Notes: a model not told the origin generated them from the letters alone. Positions 9,512 through 18,409 are shown, numbered from the stretch's first letter. The stretch: 64,000 nucleotides of DNA from an uncultured delta proteobacterium (GCA_963727625.1 CAVSHR010000004.1:891850-955849); one strand, 5' to 3'. A program made the numbers and translations.

Positions 9512-11797
9512 ATGGCTAAATCAGAAAACTACTCGGTTATCGGCAAGCGCGTTCAGCGCGTCGAAGGTTTCGACAAGGTGACCGGCGACTCGGAATACAT
9601 CGCCGACATCTACCTTCCCGGCATGCTCGTCGGTAAAGTCTTGCGCAGCCCCTATCCCCACGCACGCATTCGCCATATCGACACGACCAAAGCCGAGAAA
9701 CTTCCAGGAGTGCGCGCAGTCGTGACTGCCGAGGACACGATCAAAAAGCCCTGGGGGGCGTTCTTTGCCGACCAATATATTCTCTCCGTCGGGAAGACTC
9801 GTTATGTCGGCGAGGAAGTCGCCGCCGTCGCCGCCATCGACCCGGATATTGCCGAAGAAGCGATCGATCTCATCGAGGTCGATTGGGAGCCCCTCCCCGG
9901 CGTCTTCGACGCCGAAGAAGCGATGCAAGACGGCGCCCCCTTGGTGCACGACGACAAGCCAAACAACATTGCCATGCAAATGGATTTAGAGCGCGGCAAT
10001 GTCGCCGCGGCTTTCGCCGACTCCGATGTGATCGTCGAAGACACTTTCACCAGCATGCCCCAGTGGCACTGTTCCATCGAGACCATCGGCAGCGTCGCCG
10101 AATACGCGCCCAGCGGCAAGTACACCATTTACATGAACACCCAGACGCTGTTTAACGCGCGCTACCGCATCGCCGCGGCCTTGGGTGTACCCGAGACCGA
10201 CGTGCGGATCATTCAGAGCGCGGTCGGCGGCGGTTTCGGCGGCAAGTCCTGCGATGACAACAACGCTCTGGTCGCCGCAGTTTTGGCGAAAAAAGCGCGC
10301 AAGCCGGTCAAGCTGATCAATACTCGCGAAGAGGAATTTCTCGCCGGCTGCCGGCCGCGCGTCTTCATGAAGATCAACGTCAAGATCGGCTTTAAAAAAG
10401 ACGGCCATATCCGCGCCAAGGAATTGAAGGTCATCGCCGACAACGGCGCCTACTCGGCCAAAGCGCCGGCGATCACCGGCGTCGCGGCGATGCGCCACGA
10501 TACTTGCTATAAATATTCCGACGTCAAGATCGACGCCAAGTTGGTCTATACCAACAAAATCCCCACCGGCGCCTTTCGCGGCTTCGGTAATCCGTCGGCG
10601 GAGTGGGCGGTCGAGCAAGCCATCGACTTGGGCGCTCATGCGCTCGGAATCGACCCTATCGAGCTCGCCCGCATCAACGCCGCCGAGACCGGCTACGTGT
10701 CGCCCCATGGCAACCGCGTGACTAGCTGCGAGCTCAAGCAATGTCTCGACATGGCCGAGCAAATGATCGACTGGAAAGCTAAGCGCGCCAACAAGCAGCC
10801 GAATACCGGCCTCGGTTTGGCCTGCACCGTTCACGTCAGCGGCAAGCGCCATTTCGGCGATTACGACGGCAGTTCGGCTACGATCAAGATCAACGAGGAC
10901 GGCAAGGCGCTGATCTTGAGCGGCGAGGGAGAATGCGGCCAGGGCGCTCACACGGCCATGTGCCAAATCGCCGCCGAAGAGCTCGGCGTGCCGGTCGAAG
11001 ATGTGGAGATTTCCCGCGCCGACACCGATCTCACGACTTTTTGCTTGGGAGCGTTCGCGAGCCGGCTGACCTATGTCAGCGGCAACGCGGTCAAAAACGC
11101 CGCGGCTAACGTCAAGCAACAACTGTTCGAACAAGCCGCAGAGATGCTGGAGGCCAACGCCGCGGATCTCATCTCGCGCGACGGCAGGATCTTCGTCAAA
11201 GGCGCCGAAGGCAAATCGGTCACCGTCGGCGACGCGGCGCGGGCGCGACTCTTCCGTCACAACGGCGCGCCCATCGTCGGCTCGGGGAGCTTCGATGCCG
11301 ATTCGGTCCTGCCCGACAGCGTGCGCTTCGGCAACGAGTCCGGCGCCTACAACTACGGCGTGCAGGCCGCTCAGGTGCGCGTCGATCGCGAAACCGGCCA
11401 GGTAAAACTTTTGAGCTACGTCATTGCCTCGGATTGCGGCACGGTGATCTACCCGATCGGCGCTGAAGGCCAGGTCGAAGGCGGGCTGGCTCAAGGCATC
11501 GGCTACGCGCTCACCGAGGGACTGCAAATCGATGAAGGCCGGCCGCTCAATCCGAATTTTTCCGACTATCGCATTCCCTCCATGCGCGACATGCCGCCGC
11601 TGCAGCATGCCTTCGCCGATTCCTACGAGCCGACGGGCCCTTTCGGCGCCAAGGGATTGGGCGAGCTCAACATGGACCCCACGGCCGCCGTGATCAACAA
11701 CGCGATCTTCGATGCCGTCGGCGTGCGCGTCAAAACCTTGCCGATCACGCCGGAAAAAATATTGCGGGCTCTGAAAGAAAAGCAGGGCGAAAAATAA
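9512..11797 (+). CDS. Molybdenum hydroxylase large (molybdopterin-binding) subunit, cluster 1
   Basis: This is a 761-aa protein from MAKSENYSVIGKRVQRVEGFDKVTG. It has xanthine dehydrogenase-family motifs (GGGFGGK, GAFRGFG), and its start follows the repeat. Confidence 0.9.
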   Translation: MAKSENYSVIGKRVQRVEGFDKVTGDSEYIADIYLPGMLVGKVLRSPYPHARIRHIDTTKAEKLPGVRAVVTAEDTIKKPWGAFFADQYILSVGKTRYVGEEVAAVAAIDPDIAEEAIDLIEVDWEPLPGVFDAEEAMQDGAPLVHDDKPNNIAMQMDLERGNVAAAFADSDVIVEDTFTSMPQWHCSIETIGSVAEYAPSGKYTIYMNTQTLFNARYRIAAALGVPETDVRIIQSAVGGGFGGKSCDDNNALVAAVLAKKARKPVKLINTREEEFLAGCRPRVFMKINVKIGFKKDGHIRAKELKVIADNGAYSAKAPAITGVAAMRHDTCYKYSDVKIDAKLVYTNKIPTGAFRGFGNPSAEWAVEQAIDLGAHALGIDPIELARINAAETGYVSPHGNRVTSCELKQCLDMAEQMIDWKAKRANKQPNTGLGLACTVHVSGKRHFGDYDGSSATIKINEDGKALILSGEGECGQGAHTAMCQIAAEELGVPVEDVEISRADTDLTTFCLGAFASRLTYVSGNAVKNAAANVKQQLFEQAAEMLEANAADLISRDGRIFVKGAEGKSVTVGDAARARLFRHNGAPIVGSGSFDADSVLPDSVRFGNESGAYNYGVQAAQVRVDRETGQVKLLSYVIASDCGTVIYPIGAEGQVEGGLAQGIGYALTEGLQIDEGRPLNPNFSDYRIPSMRDMPPLQHAFADSYEPTGPFGAKGLGELNMDPTAAVINNAIFDAVGVRVKTLPITPEKILRALKEKQGEK

Positions 11798-11881
11798 TCG
11801 TCACACCGAAATGGAATCGCACAAAACTCGTTTCACCACGAAGATCCCAATGCAGCGAAATCCTAACCCTATCTCGGAGTA

Positions 11882-11968
11882 TTTCTCGCAAAGACGCAAA
11901 GTCGCCAAGTTCGGAAATCCGTTTTATTTCTTTGCGGCCTTTGCGTCTTCGCGAGAGACATTCCGAGC
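11882..11968. repeat. Palindromic intergenic repeat, copy B (between the large and medium subunit genes)
   Basis: TCTCGCAAAGACGCAAAG (11884..11901) pairs with CTTTGCGTCTTCGCGAGA (11939..11956) with one mismatch. The tail GAGACATTCCGAGC matches copy A. Confidence 0.6.
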
Positions 11969-12040
11969 ACTTTGTGCGGCTGCGCCGTGCTGGGATCTTC
12001 GTGGTGTCTCCCTCGTTGCGGCCCGCTCGCGAGAACGCGC

Positions 12041-12901
12041 ATGATTAGATTCGACTACCAGGAACCGACGACGCTTAAAAAAGCCTTCGCCTTGATGGAA
12101 AAACACGGCGACGACGGGCGCGTCATCGCCGGCGGCACTTCGTTGCTCATCATGATGCGCCAGCGGTTGCTCATGCCCAAGGTGGTGATCAGTCTGGGCC
12201 GGATTCCCAAGTTGGACCGTATCACCTACAAGGCCAAGGACGGCCTGCGTATCGGCGCCGGCGCGCGCCACCGCGACATCGAGCTCTCGCCCGCCGTGCG
12301 CAAGCATTATCCCCTGCTCCACGAGACTTTTCGCAAAGTCGCCCAGCCGCGCATTCGTAACATGGGCACGGTCGGCGGCAACCTTGCCTGCGGCGATCCG
12401 CTGACCGATCCGGGCGCAAGCCTGATCGCCCTCGACGCCGAAGTGACGCTAACCAGCAGCAAGGGAAAACGAACGTTGCCGCTGGACGAATTTTTCATCG
12501 ATTACTACCAAACCGCGTTGGAACCGGGCGAATTGTTAACCGAGATCCGCGTCCCGCCGTCCCAGCGCCCGGGCTGGTCGCATATCAAATTCACGCCGCG
12601 CAGCGTCGAAGACTTTGCCACGGTGGGCGTCGCGATCACTTTGAAGGCCGACAACGGCACCTGCGACGATATTCGCATCGGTCTCAACTCGGTTTCCTCG
12701 ACCATCGTCCATGCTCGAAAAGCGGAGGACGTTTTGCGCGGCAAACCGATAAGCGACGCTGCGCTCCGGGAAATGGGCGAAGTCGCCGCCAGCGAATGCG
12801 ATCCGACCGACGACAACCGCGGCTCCGCCGAGTACAAGCGCGAGATGGTCAAAGTCTTGGTGCGCCGCGCCGCACAAGAAGCGCTCCAACGCGCACGTTG
12901 A
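12041..12901 (+). CDS. Molybdenum hydroxylase medium (FAD-binding) subunit, cluster 1
   Basis: The protein MIRFDYQEPTTLKKAFALMEKHGDDGRVIAGGTSLL... has the CoxM/XdhB FAD-binding (PCMH-type) pattern. The start was trimmed from 11972. Confidence 0.9.
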   Translation: MIRFDYQEPTTLKKAFALMEKHGDDGRVIAGGTSLLIMMRQRLLMPKVVISLGRIPKLDRITYKAKDGLRIGAGARHRDIELSPAVRKHYPLLHETFRKVAQPRIRNMGTVGGNLACGDPLTDPGASLIALDAEVTLTSSKGKRTLPLDEFFIDYYQTALEPGELLTEIRVPPSQRPGWSHIKFTPRSVEDFATVGVAITLKADNGTCDDIRIGLNSVSSTIVHARKAEDVLRGKPISDAALREMGEVAASECDPTDDNRGSAEYKREMVKVLVRRAAQEALQRAR

Positions 12902-13421
12902 TCCGTAACATTTCTGGTCAATTCTCGACCGAATACCCAATAAGTTAAAGACCGCACTGGCTTCCGCCGAGCATCTCGCGTTCCTGCCGTTCGACATATT
13001 CGATCTGGCCATTCGACGAGATCGCTCCCATCCTGAGGCGCTCGCCGACTGCGGCAAGGCAGCTCGCGGGCACCACACGCCCGCGGAGTGCATGGTCCGG
13101 CCACGGTTCCCGACGCCGATCTCACCACCAGCGAGAAGTTATCGTCACTTACCTGGCTTTCGATACGTGCCGGTGACTTCGAAGCACCCATCGCGGTGCT
13201 CGATCCGCACCGCGGATCTCTCTCTCAGTAATCGAGACTTGTCAACGGGAGTTCTCATAGCTCCGCCGGGACAACTATTTAGGAGGGGTCGTCCAATCTG
13301 TGGGAAAGTTCGCCCAGCTGTCAGGCTCGACATGCACCCACGACACAGTTACAAGTCCATTGACTAAGGAAATCGGGCTAGTAGTGTTGTGTTCACGTTC
13401 AAGCGGGAAGGAGATAAAGCC

Positions 13422-14294
13422 ATGGACTTCGCGTTACGACGTAATCGAAAGAAAGTGCGGATTAACCCGGTTTGGATTGCTTCAATAATCGCACTGATTA
13501 TGGTCTTTTCTGCCGTGGCGCTACTCCCGGAACAAGCGAGTGGCCGAGTCGTGAAATTTCCCTTCGACGCGGGGAATTTTCCGCTCTCTCCCCTGATAAA
13601 CAACCGATACTGGCCCCTTCCCGCCGGCGCCGTCTTCGTCTACCGCGCACAAAGTGCCGAAGAATGCAGCTTCGACAAGATAACAGTCACACAGAACACT
13701 AGGTCTGTGTTGGGCGTGGAAACACGAGTCGTCCGGGACCAGGCCTGGGTCACGGAAGTCAACGATGATGGCTCGTGTAATTTGGCAACGGCAACGATGA
13801 CGGAAGATACCGAGGACTACTACGCGCAGGATATCTTCGGGAACATCTGGTATTTCGGTGAAGCCACCCGCGCGCAGGATCAAGAATCCGGAGTGTGCAG
13901 CAGCGAAGGCTCGTGGGAGGCGGGAGGAACTATCACCCCCGCAGCGCAACCCGGGATCATCATGCTGGACCGGCCCCGTAAAGGGGACCGATACCAACAA
14001 GAGTTCGCTGAAGACGTGGCTGAGGACATGGCTTCGGTGTTGCGGCTGAAAGATTCCGTATCAATCGCTCTCGGCGAATTCGATCAGTGTCTGGTGACCA
14101 AGGAGTGGACGCCGCTCGGGCCGGGGGATATAGAGCACAAGTTCTACTGCTTCGACGCCTGGGGCAATTCCGCCGGTCTCGTCTACATCGAAGAGCTGAA
14201 AGGTAAAACGGTCAAAGTCGAGTTCATCGGCGACTCTCTGCCAGCGGCGTTTCCGGGCGAGTCAACCCCCTTCCCGGCGATCTGCATGCCGTAG
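13422..14294 (+). CDS. Hypothetical secreted or membrane-anchored protein
   Basis: The ORF has a basic N-terminus followed by a hydrophobic helix (RRNRKKVRINPVWIASIIALIMVFSAVALL). I recognised no family. The start is at the ATG 13422 or the GTG 13389. Confidence 0.5.
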   Translation: MDFALRRNRKKVRINPVWIASIIALIMVFSAVALLPEQASGRVVKFPFDAGNFPLSPLINNRYWPLPAGAVFVYRAQSAEECSFDKITVTQNTRSVLGVETRVVRDQAWVTEVNDDGSCNLATATMTEDTEDYYAQDIFGNIWYFGEATRAQDQESGVCSSEGSWEAGGTITPAAQPGIIMLDRPRKGDRYQQEFAEDVAEDMASVLRLKDSVSIALGEFDQCLVTKEWTPLGPGDIEHKFYCFDAWGNSAGLVYIEELKGKTVKVEFIGDSLPAAFPGESTPFPAICMP

Positions 14295-14543
14295 TCGCGG
14301 GCATGATTGCTGCGGAGGTGGCAATCAAAACGAGGCTGCCTTTGTCGCATGTCACGCCGGCGCAGGGTTGGGATTATGTATGTCTGGCTTCTTTGATGTT
14401 TTTGCAGTCCCCGTCTCTTTGCATTCACGCCGATCAAACAGTAAATATCTAGGTCGTGGCGCAGTGAAGATAAGATTTTCGCCAAATCAATGTTTTGTCG
14501 TCAATTGATGATCCGAAAAGCGTTTCCATTACTTCCTTTCCAC

Positions 14544-15704
14544 CTAGGGATGGAGCTTGGAGAGGGTGGCACTAAGAGCAGCTACGATGAGCTGGAATAA
14601 TTCTTTGTATTCCTCTGGATCGGGTCGATAAGGCCATGCCAGGGAATGACCGGTGGTGTTCCGAATTCCCCAGGTCGCGCGAACCGCTCTCTGGGTGAAG
14701 TCAGGCGTAGTATCGTTCTTGATCTCTGCGATGACATCGTCGAACGTCTGCGCACCAAACCCTTGGGGAGCCGCGGTGAACCCAAATGCCGAATAAATAC
14801 TGCCATCATTCAGGAAGTTATTGATAGTAGCCTTGCGGTTGACACTTTTAATCACCCCGCCAGCCGGCGAAGTTTTGAGAAGAGTTTCAAAAAGGAGCGC
14901 TCCCTTGAAGAGATGAAGAAAAAACGGTTCGCCGGTGCTCGTCGGAGTTCCTGCAAGCGAAAGTTCCTTTGCCCTCGATGAAAATTCTAATAGAAAAGTA
15001 AAAACTCCGGTAACAGCTGATCTCTTGATGGAGCCGGGCGTCATCGCTGGCTTGACCAATTTATCTCGAAGTTCGTCGAGAGAGAGACTAATTCCGCTGG
15101 AGCTAGTCACCTCCCTCATAACATCCTCGAAGATTTTGCGAGTAATAGTCACTAGCTCCTTGGCAGCCTGATTATTAGTCCTGTCGTCAAATAGTACGAA
15201 TTTTCCCGATGGAAGCTCGAACCATCGGTCTTTGTGAAGCCGCAAGTCTTCTTCCAATGCAGCATCCATATAAAACAAGGCCTTCTCGAAATCCCGCGCC
15301 AAATACGAGGCCATCCCCAAGAAATAAAAAGGAGTTCCTTTGTGAATGTTCTGATATTTTGCCGGGTCATCTGCGGCCATTATTCCAAGCACATGTTCCC
15401 ATGCGTTGATCTGGGCCACCGGCGAGTACCATAGTCTGCGTATGATCCCGGTTGAAGAAAATAAATCATCCGCGACCCCAGCGGCCATAAGAGCGTCAGC
15501 AGGGTCAATTTGTAGTTTTCTAAAATCTTCTATAAGCAACTTCTTATAGTCGTTGGTATAGAGATATACTTCGATCACCGACTTCCCCGCGGATTGATTA
15601 AGAAAATCCACTGACAGGAAAGAATTCGCCTGAGGCGATAACACTGGATCCGGTCCGCCAGGGCCATCGGTTTCTGTTAGGCTCGTGTTTGTTTCCCCGA
15701 CCAT
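14544..15704 (-). CDS. Hypothetical 386-aa protein with a C-terminal HEPN-like R-x4-H motif
   Basis: The ORF is clean with an SD (AAGGGG) 7 nt upstream. The motif RNTTGH is encoded at 14646..14663 within ...AVRATWGIRNTTGHSLAWPYRPDPEEYKELFQLIVAALSATL. I recognised no other family. Confidence 0.6.
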   Translation of the reverse strand: MVGETNTSLTETDGPGGPDPVLSPQANSFLSVDFLNQSAGKSVIEVYLYTNDYKKLLIEDFRKLQIDPADALMAAGVADDLFSSTGIIRRLWYSPVAQINAWEHVLGIMAADDPAKYQNIHKGTPFYFLGMASYLARDFEKALFYMDAALEEDLRLHKDRWFELPSGKFVLFDDRTNNQAAKELVTITRKIFEDVMREVTSSSGISLSLDELRDKLVKPAMTPGSIKRSAVTGVFTFLLEFSSRAKELSLAGTPTSTGEPFFLHLFKGALLFETLLKTSPAGGVIKSVNRKATINNFLNDGSIYSAFGFTAAPQGFGAQTFDDVIAEIKNDTTPDFTQRAVRATWGIRNTTGHSLAWPYRPDPEEYKELFQLIVAALSATLSKLHP

Positions 15705-15735
15705 TTGCTACCCCTTGAGAGTTTACGGCCTTTAT

Positions 15736-16008
15736 TCAAATTACTTTAAACGCGGCCAAAAGACCGATTATTCCCACTGTTACTAGAACCAATCCAAATC
15801 GCTTGAACGTTCGTAAGATACCGTGCAATCTTCGCTCCGAATTGGGCCAGGATTCATCGGGCACCACTCTATACAAAGCCGCCGTTACGATGTCCGCCCA
15901 TTGCGCGTTCCACCGCTTTTTTGCGGTCACCGCATATAAGTAGTTCGCGTACGCGCCAATTACGATCATTACAATGCTTCCGATCAGAAGCGACACATCT
16001 TCTACCAA
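15736..16008 (-). CDS. Hypothetical 90-aa two-TM membrane miniprotein
   Basis: Hydrophobic helices sit at both ends (LLIGSIVMIVIGAYANYLYAV and FGLVLVTVGIIGLLAAF). It has a TTG start with GGAG upstream and lies 31 bp upstream of the 386-aa ORF on the same strand. Confidence 0.4.
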   Translation of the reverse strand: MVEDVSLLIGSIVMIVIGAYANYLYAVTAKKRWNAQWADIVTAALYRVVPDESWPNSERRLHGILRTFKRFGLVLVTVGIIGLLAAFKVI

Positions 16009-16336
16009 TGCTCGGTCTCCGCAAAAACTCCGTAAAAGTCGGTTCTATGGCGTGCCCCTGGTCGTCGTTCGCGGCACGAATTACTATAGACCTTCAGCGT
16101 GATCGCGCAATCCGAATGCCCCTCGCTGTTATTCCGCTGTTTATCAGGCAATGCCGCAATAGGGCCGAAAGCGATGAGGTGGTGTTTTTGATCGCGTTTT
16201 TCTGCAGATTCCTTAGTCGCGCTTCTAATTTCCGCCAAGGTGCAAAAATGGGATGGTCAAGTCTTTCATCTTGCTCTTTCAAAATGGTCGCTGAATATTC
16301 TGAAGTCTGCCGTGTTGAACGGCACGGAGGTAAACT

Positions 16337-16612
16337 ATGAATTTTCGTACACACAAGGGAAAACTATTGAAGAACCCAAAAGTAAAGAAGGAGTACGAAA
16401 AACTCGGTCCGGAGTTCCACCTCGCGCAAAGCTTGATCAAAGCCCGTATGAAGAAAGGCTGGACACAAGCAGAACTGGCCCGCCGAGTCGGCATGCAACA
16501 ACCAAATATCGCGCGACTCGAAGGCGGAAACTACGACCGGGTTTCATTACCTACTTTAAAAAAAGTCGCCCGCGCCCTGGGAGCAGAGATCGAGATCAAG
16601 CTCTCCGCGTAA
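16337..16612 (+). CDS. XRE-family helix-turn-helix transcriptional regulator or antitoxin-like protein
   Basis: The HTH reads GWTQAELARRVGMQQPNIARLEGG. A strong SD (GGAGG) lies 7 nt upstream. It is divergent from the 15736..16008 / 14544..15704 pair. Confidence 0.8.
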   Translation: MNFRTHKGKLLKNPKVKKEYEKLGPEFHLAQSLIKARMKKGWTQAELARRVGMQQPNIARLEGGNYDRVSLPTLKKVARALGAEIEIKLSA

Positions 16613-16875
16613 ATAAGGCTGTTGCTCTCAAAACAACAGTTGGGGCGTCATTTCGCGTCTGAGGCCATGGACGCCTATTTCCTAGTTCCGGTCCTCCGAG
16701 GTGAAGCGTTGATGGCGCGAGGTATTGAGAGTTCGACGGCAGCGCAAATGTTGATCACGAGTCCGCGTTACCCGCCCAATCCTCACTTTAGAGCCTCCAG
16801 AACGCGGCACGCCCTATGATGCTACCTACCGAAACGACGCTAGTCATAAGGATGACCTGAAGATCACGGCCGACT

Positions 16876-17310
16876 TCACCCGGCCCAAATAATATCGAGT
16901 TCCAGAAGTAACCCAGCGTCTCGTTGCCGGCCATCTCCCGTTACGAATGGGATGCGGAAACCCGCGGCGGCTTGAAATGCCATCAATGACGCGACATGGA
17001 TCGCATCCAAGGCTGTTACCGGCACGGTCCCTTGAACAATCTCTTCAGCCCGGTTCAAAACGGTTTCGCCCACCTCGACCAACTCCCAGCGGGTGCGATC
17101 ACTCCGAACCCTGCTCAGCGTCGCAACGAAGGCCTCTTCGGACAACTCTCTATCGCGTCTTCGTCTCCCCAAGGCGGACATGATTTCAACGGGCGTAATC
17201 GCCGAGGAGAGCAAGTCGTGCTGGCGCAACAAAGACACAACCCGAGCAGAGCCCGGCTCTCTCACATATCGTTTGATCAGAGCGCTGGTATCGAAATAGG
17301 CGAATTTCAC
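16876..17310 (-). CDS. vapC: PIN-domain ribonuclease toxin VapC
   Basis: The protein MKFAYFDTSALIKRY... has the PIN acidic residues (D7 and later D..D). It overlaps the upstream antitoxin gene by 4 nt. Confidence 0.85.
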   Translation of the reverse strand: MKFAYFDTSALIKRYVREPGSARVVSLLRQHDLLSSAITPVEIMSALGRRRRDRELSEEAFVATLSRVRSDRTRWELVEVGETVLNRAEEIVQGTVPVTALDAIHVASLMAFQAAAGFRIPFVTGDGRQRDAGLLLELDIIWAG

Positions 17311-17591
17311 CGCTCGTTGCGCTCCTCGCTGATGGTCTGCGACAGGGGTTTCCCCTTAACGCGAATTGCCTTCCAGGTCGGCTTTCCCATGGGTCCTCGC
17401 TGCCGAGCCGGACGCAGCAAGCCCTCCGACTCCAGACGGCGAATGATCGTTTCTTGATCTTCCTTGGTTTCAAGCGGCTTGATGACCGCGATAGGCTTCC
17501 CCCGCTCGGTCAATACGACTTCCTTGCCCTGCTTCACCGCTTTCATCGCTTTAGAAAAACTCTGGTTAGCCTCTCTCAATCCCATGCGCAT
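17307..17591 (-). CDS. vapB: Phd/YefM-type antitoxin (VapB partner)
   Basis: The N-terminus ANQSFSKAMKAVKQGKEVVLTERGKPIAVIKP is typical of Phd/YefM antitoxins. A GAGGA SD is present, and the gene is translationally coupled to vapC. Confidence 0.8.
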   Translation of the reverse strand: MRMGLREANQSFSKAMKAVKQGKEVVLTERGKPIAVIKPLETKEDQETIIRRLESEGLLRPARQRGPMGKPTWKAIRVKGKPLSQTISEERNER

Positions 17592-17607
17592 ATCGATCCT
17601 CTAATTT

Positions 17608-17623
17608 GTAGTGATATCACTAC
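17608..17623. promoter_or_regulatory. Perfect 16-bp palindrome, candidate VapB operator
   Basis: GTAGTGATATCACTAC lies directly upstream of the vapB SD and start codon. Confidence 0.4.
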
Positions 17624-17753
17624 CTAGTGTACGCTTCCTCTCTCGGGACGTCAAATTCTGTATGTGGACTCCCACTCCAGAACTTGATGGGAGACTAACT
17701 GGCGTGTGTTCTTGACCACGAACTCCGCATTACCGGCCCAATCATCGCTTTAG

Positions 17754-18389
17754 ATCAGCAAGAAGATCCTGTGCTCGATTCCCACTGACAAACGGATCAA
17801 CTATGGTCGAGTCCCACTTTCTGGCGTTCTTGTTTGGGATCGAGGCCTGGGGCCAGGACTCGATCCCTTGCGAGACGTGAGACTCATTGCGTTCGGCCGG
17901 ATCGGTCTGGTCTCGCAGTCGCTCTTCACCGGTGTGGTCGATGCGGCGCTTTTGGCGGCGGCCGATACTGTCGAAGCGAAGAAATATGGCATGCGCATGC
18001 TCATGGATATGGCTACGGAGCGCATCCCCTGCCCGTTCACTTCGGTGGTGACGATGAAAACGGTGCTGGACAAATCGCCCGTGCTGCTGGACCGATTTCT
18101 CAGAGGCATCCTGCACGGGATCAAACTTGCGCTGACCAATCCGGATATGGCAAAGAAGGCCTTGAGCAGACATATGCGGCTCGGTGAAGGCGAGACTCTC
18201 GATGAAGTTTATCAACGGGCCGTGTTGGCCTACGAGCGCGTGCCCATGGTCCCCAAAGAGGCAATCGAGACCGTGGTGAAGGTTTCGCCCATCCCTTCGA
18301 ATCGAAACCCGTTCGGCGTGTTGGACATGGCTGTGCTCGAGCGCATCGATAACGAAGGTTTTATTCGCTCGCTTTACGCGGCAAAATAG
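17754..18389 (+). pseudogene. NMT1/THI5-like ABC substrate-binding protein, 5'-truncated remnant (C-terminal about 210 codons)
   Basis: The frame is open from the TAG at 17751. GLDPLRDVRLIAFG...DAALL...NEGFIRSLYAAK aligns with the C-terminal halves of the intact paralogues at 48438, 57401 and 38532(-), which end SGFIKRLYKK, SGFVSRLYRQK and SGFIDKVYQ. There is no signal peptide or N-terminal lobe. Confidence 0.6.
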
Positions 18390-18409
18390 GGAATTTTCAG
18401 GAGGCTGTC

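Larger units (their letters stand above)
12902..17753. other. Accessory segment, GC visibly lower than the flanks in its central part, with no mobility gene
   Basis: It starts with a 490-bp non-coding stretch and contains unknown genes, an XRE regulator and vapBC. Its right end abuts a 5'-truncated binding-protein gene. The composition drop is judged by eye (about 14.3-17.7 kb) and was not computed. Confidence 0.4.

Noticed and set aside
11811-12044. A 77-aa ORF lies between the cluster-1 large and medium subunit genes.
   Set aside because: It is a read-through of the palindromic repeat copy B (FSQRRKVAK...AFASSRE). It has no SD and overlaps the true CoxM-like start.
12902-13388. Minus-strand fragments (VRIEHRDGCFEVTGTYRK and DDNFSLVVRSASGTVAGP, in two frames) hint at a decayed NTF2/SnoaL-like gene.
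   Set aside because: The similarity is impressionistic, the frames are broken several times, and no motif is diagnostic. I note it only as a possible remnant supporting rearrangement at this junction.
15921-16340. A plus-strand ORF has its TGA overlapping the XRE gene ATG (ATGA at 16337..16340), which suggests a HigB/RelE-type toxin upstream of an HTH antitoxin.
   Set aside because: The translation is Cys/Arg/Ser-rich with no RelE/ParE/Gp49-like motif in any of the three frames I read. Its 5' part overlaps the opposite-strand miniprotein gene. I treat the region as the divergent promoter/5' UTR, though a decayed toxin cannot be excluded.
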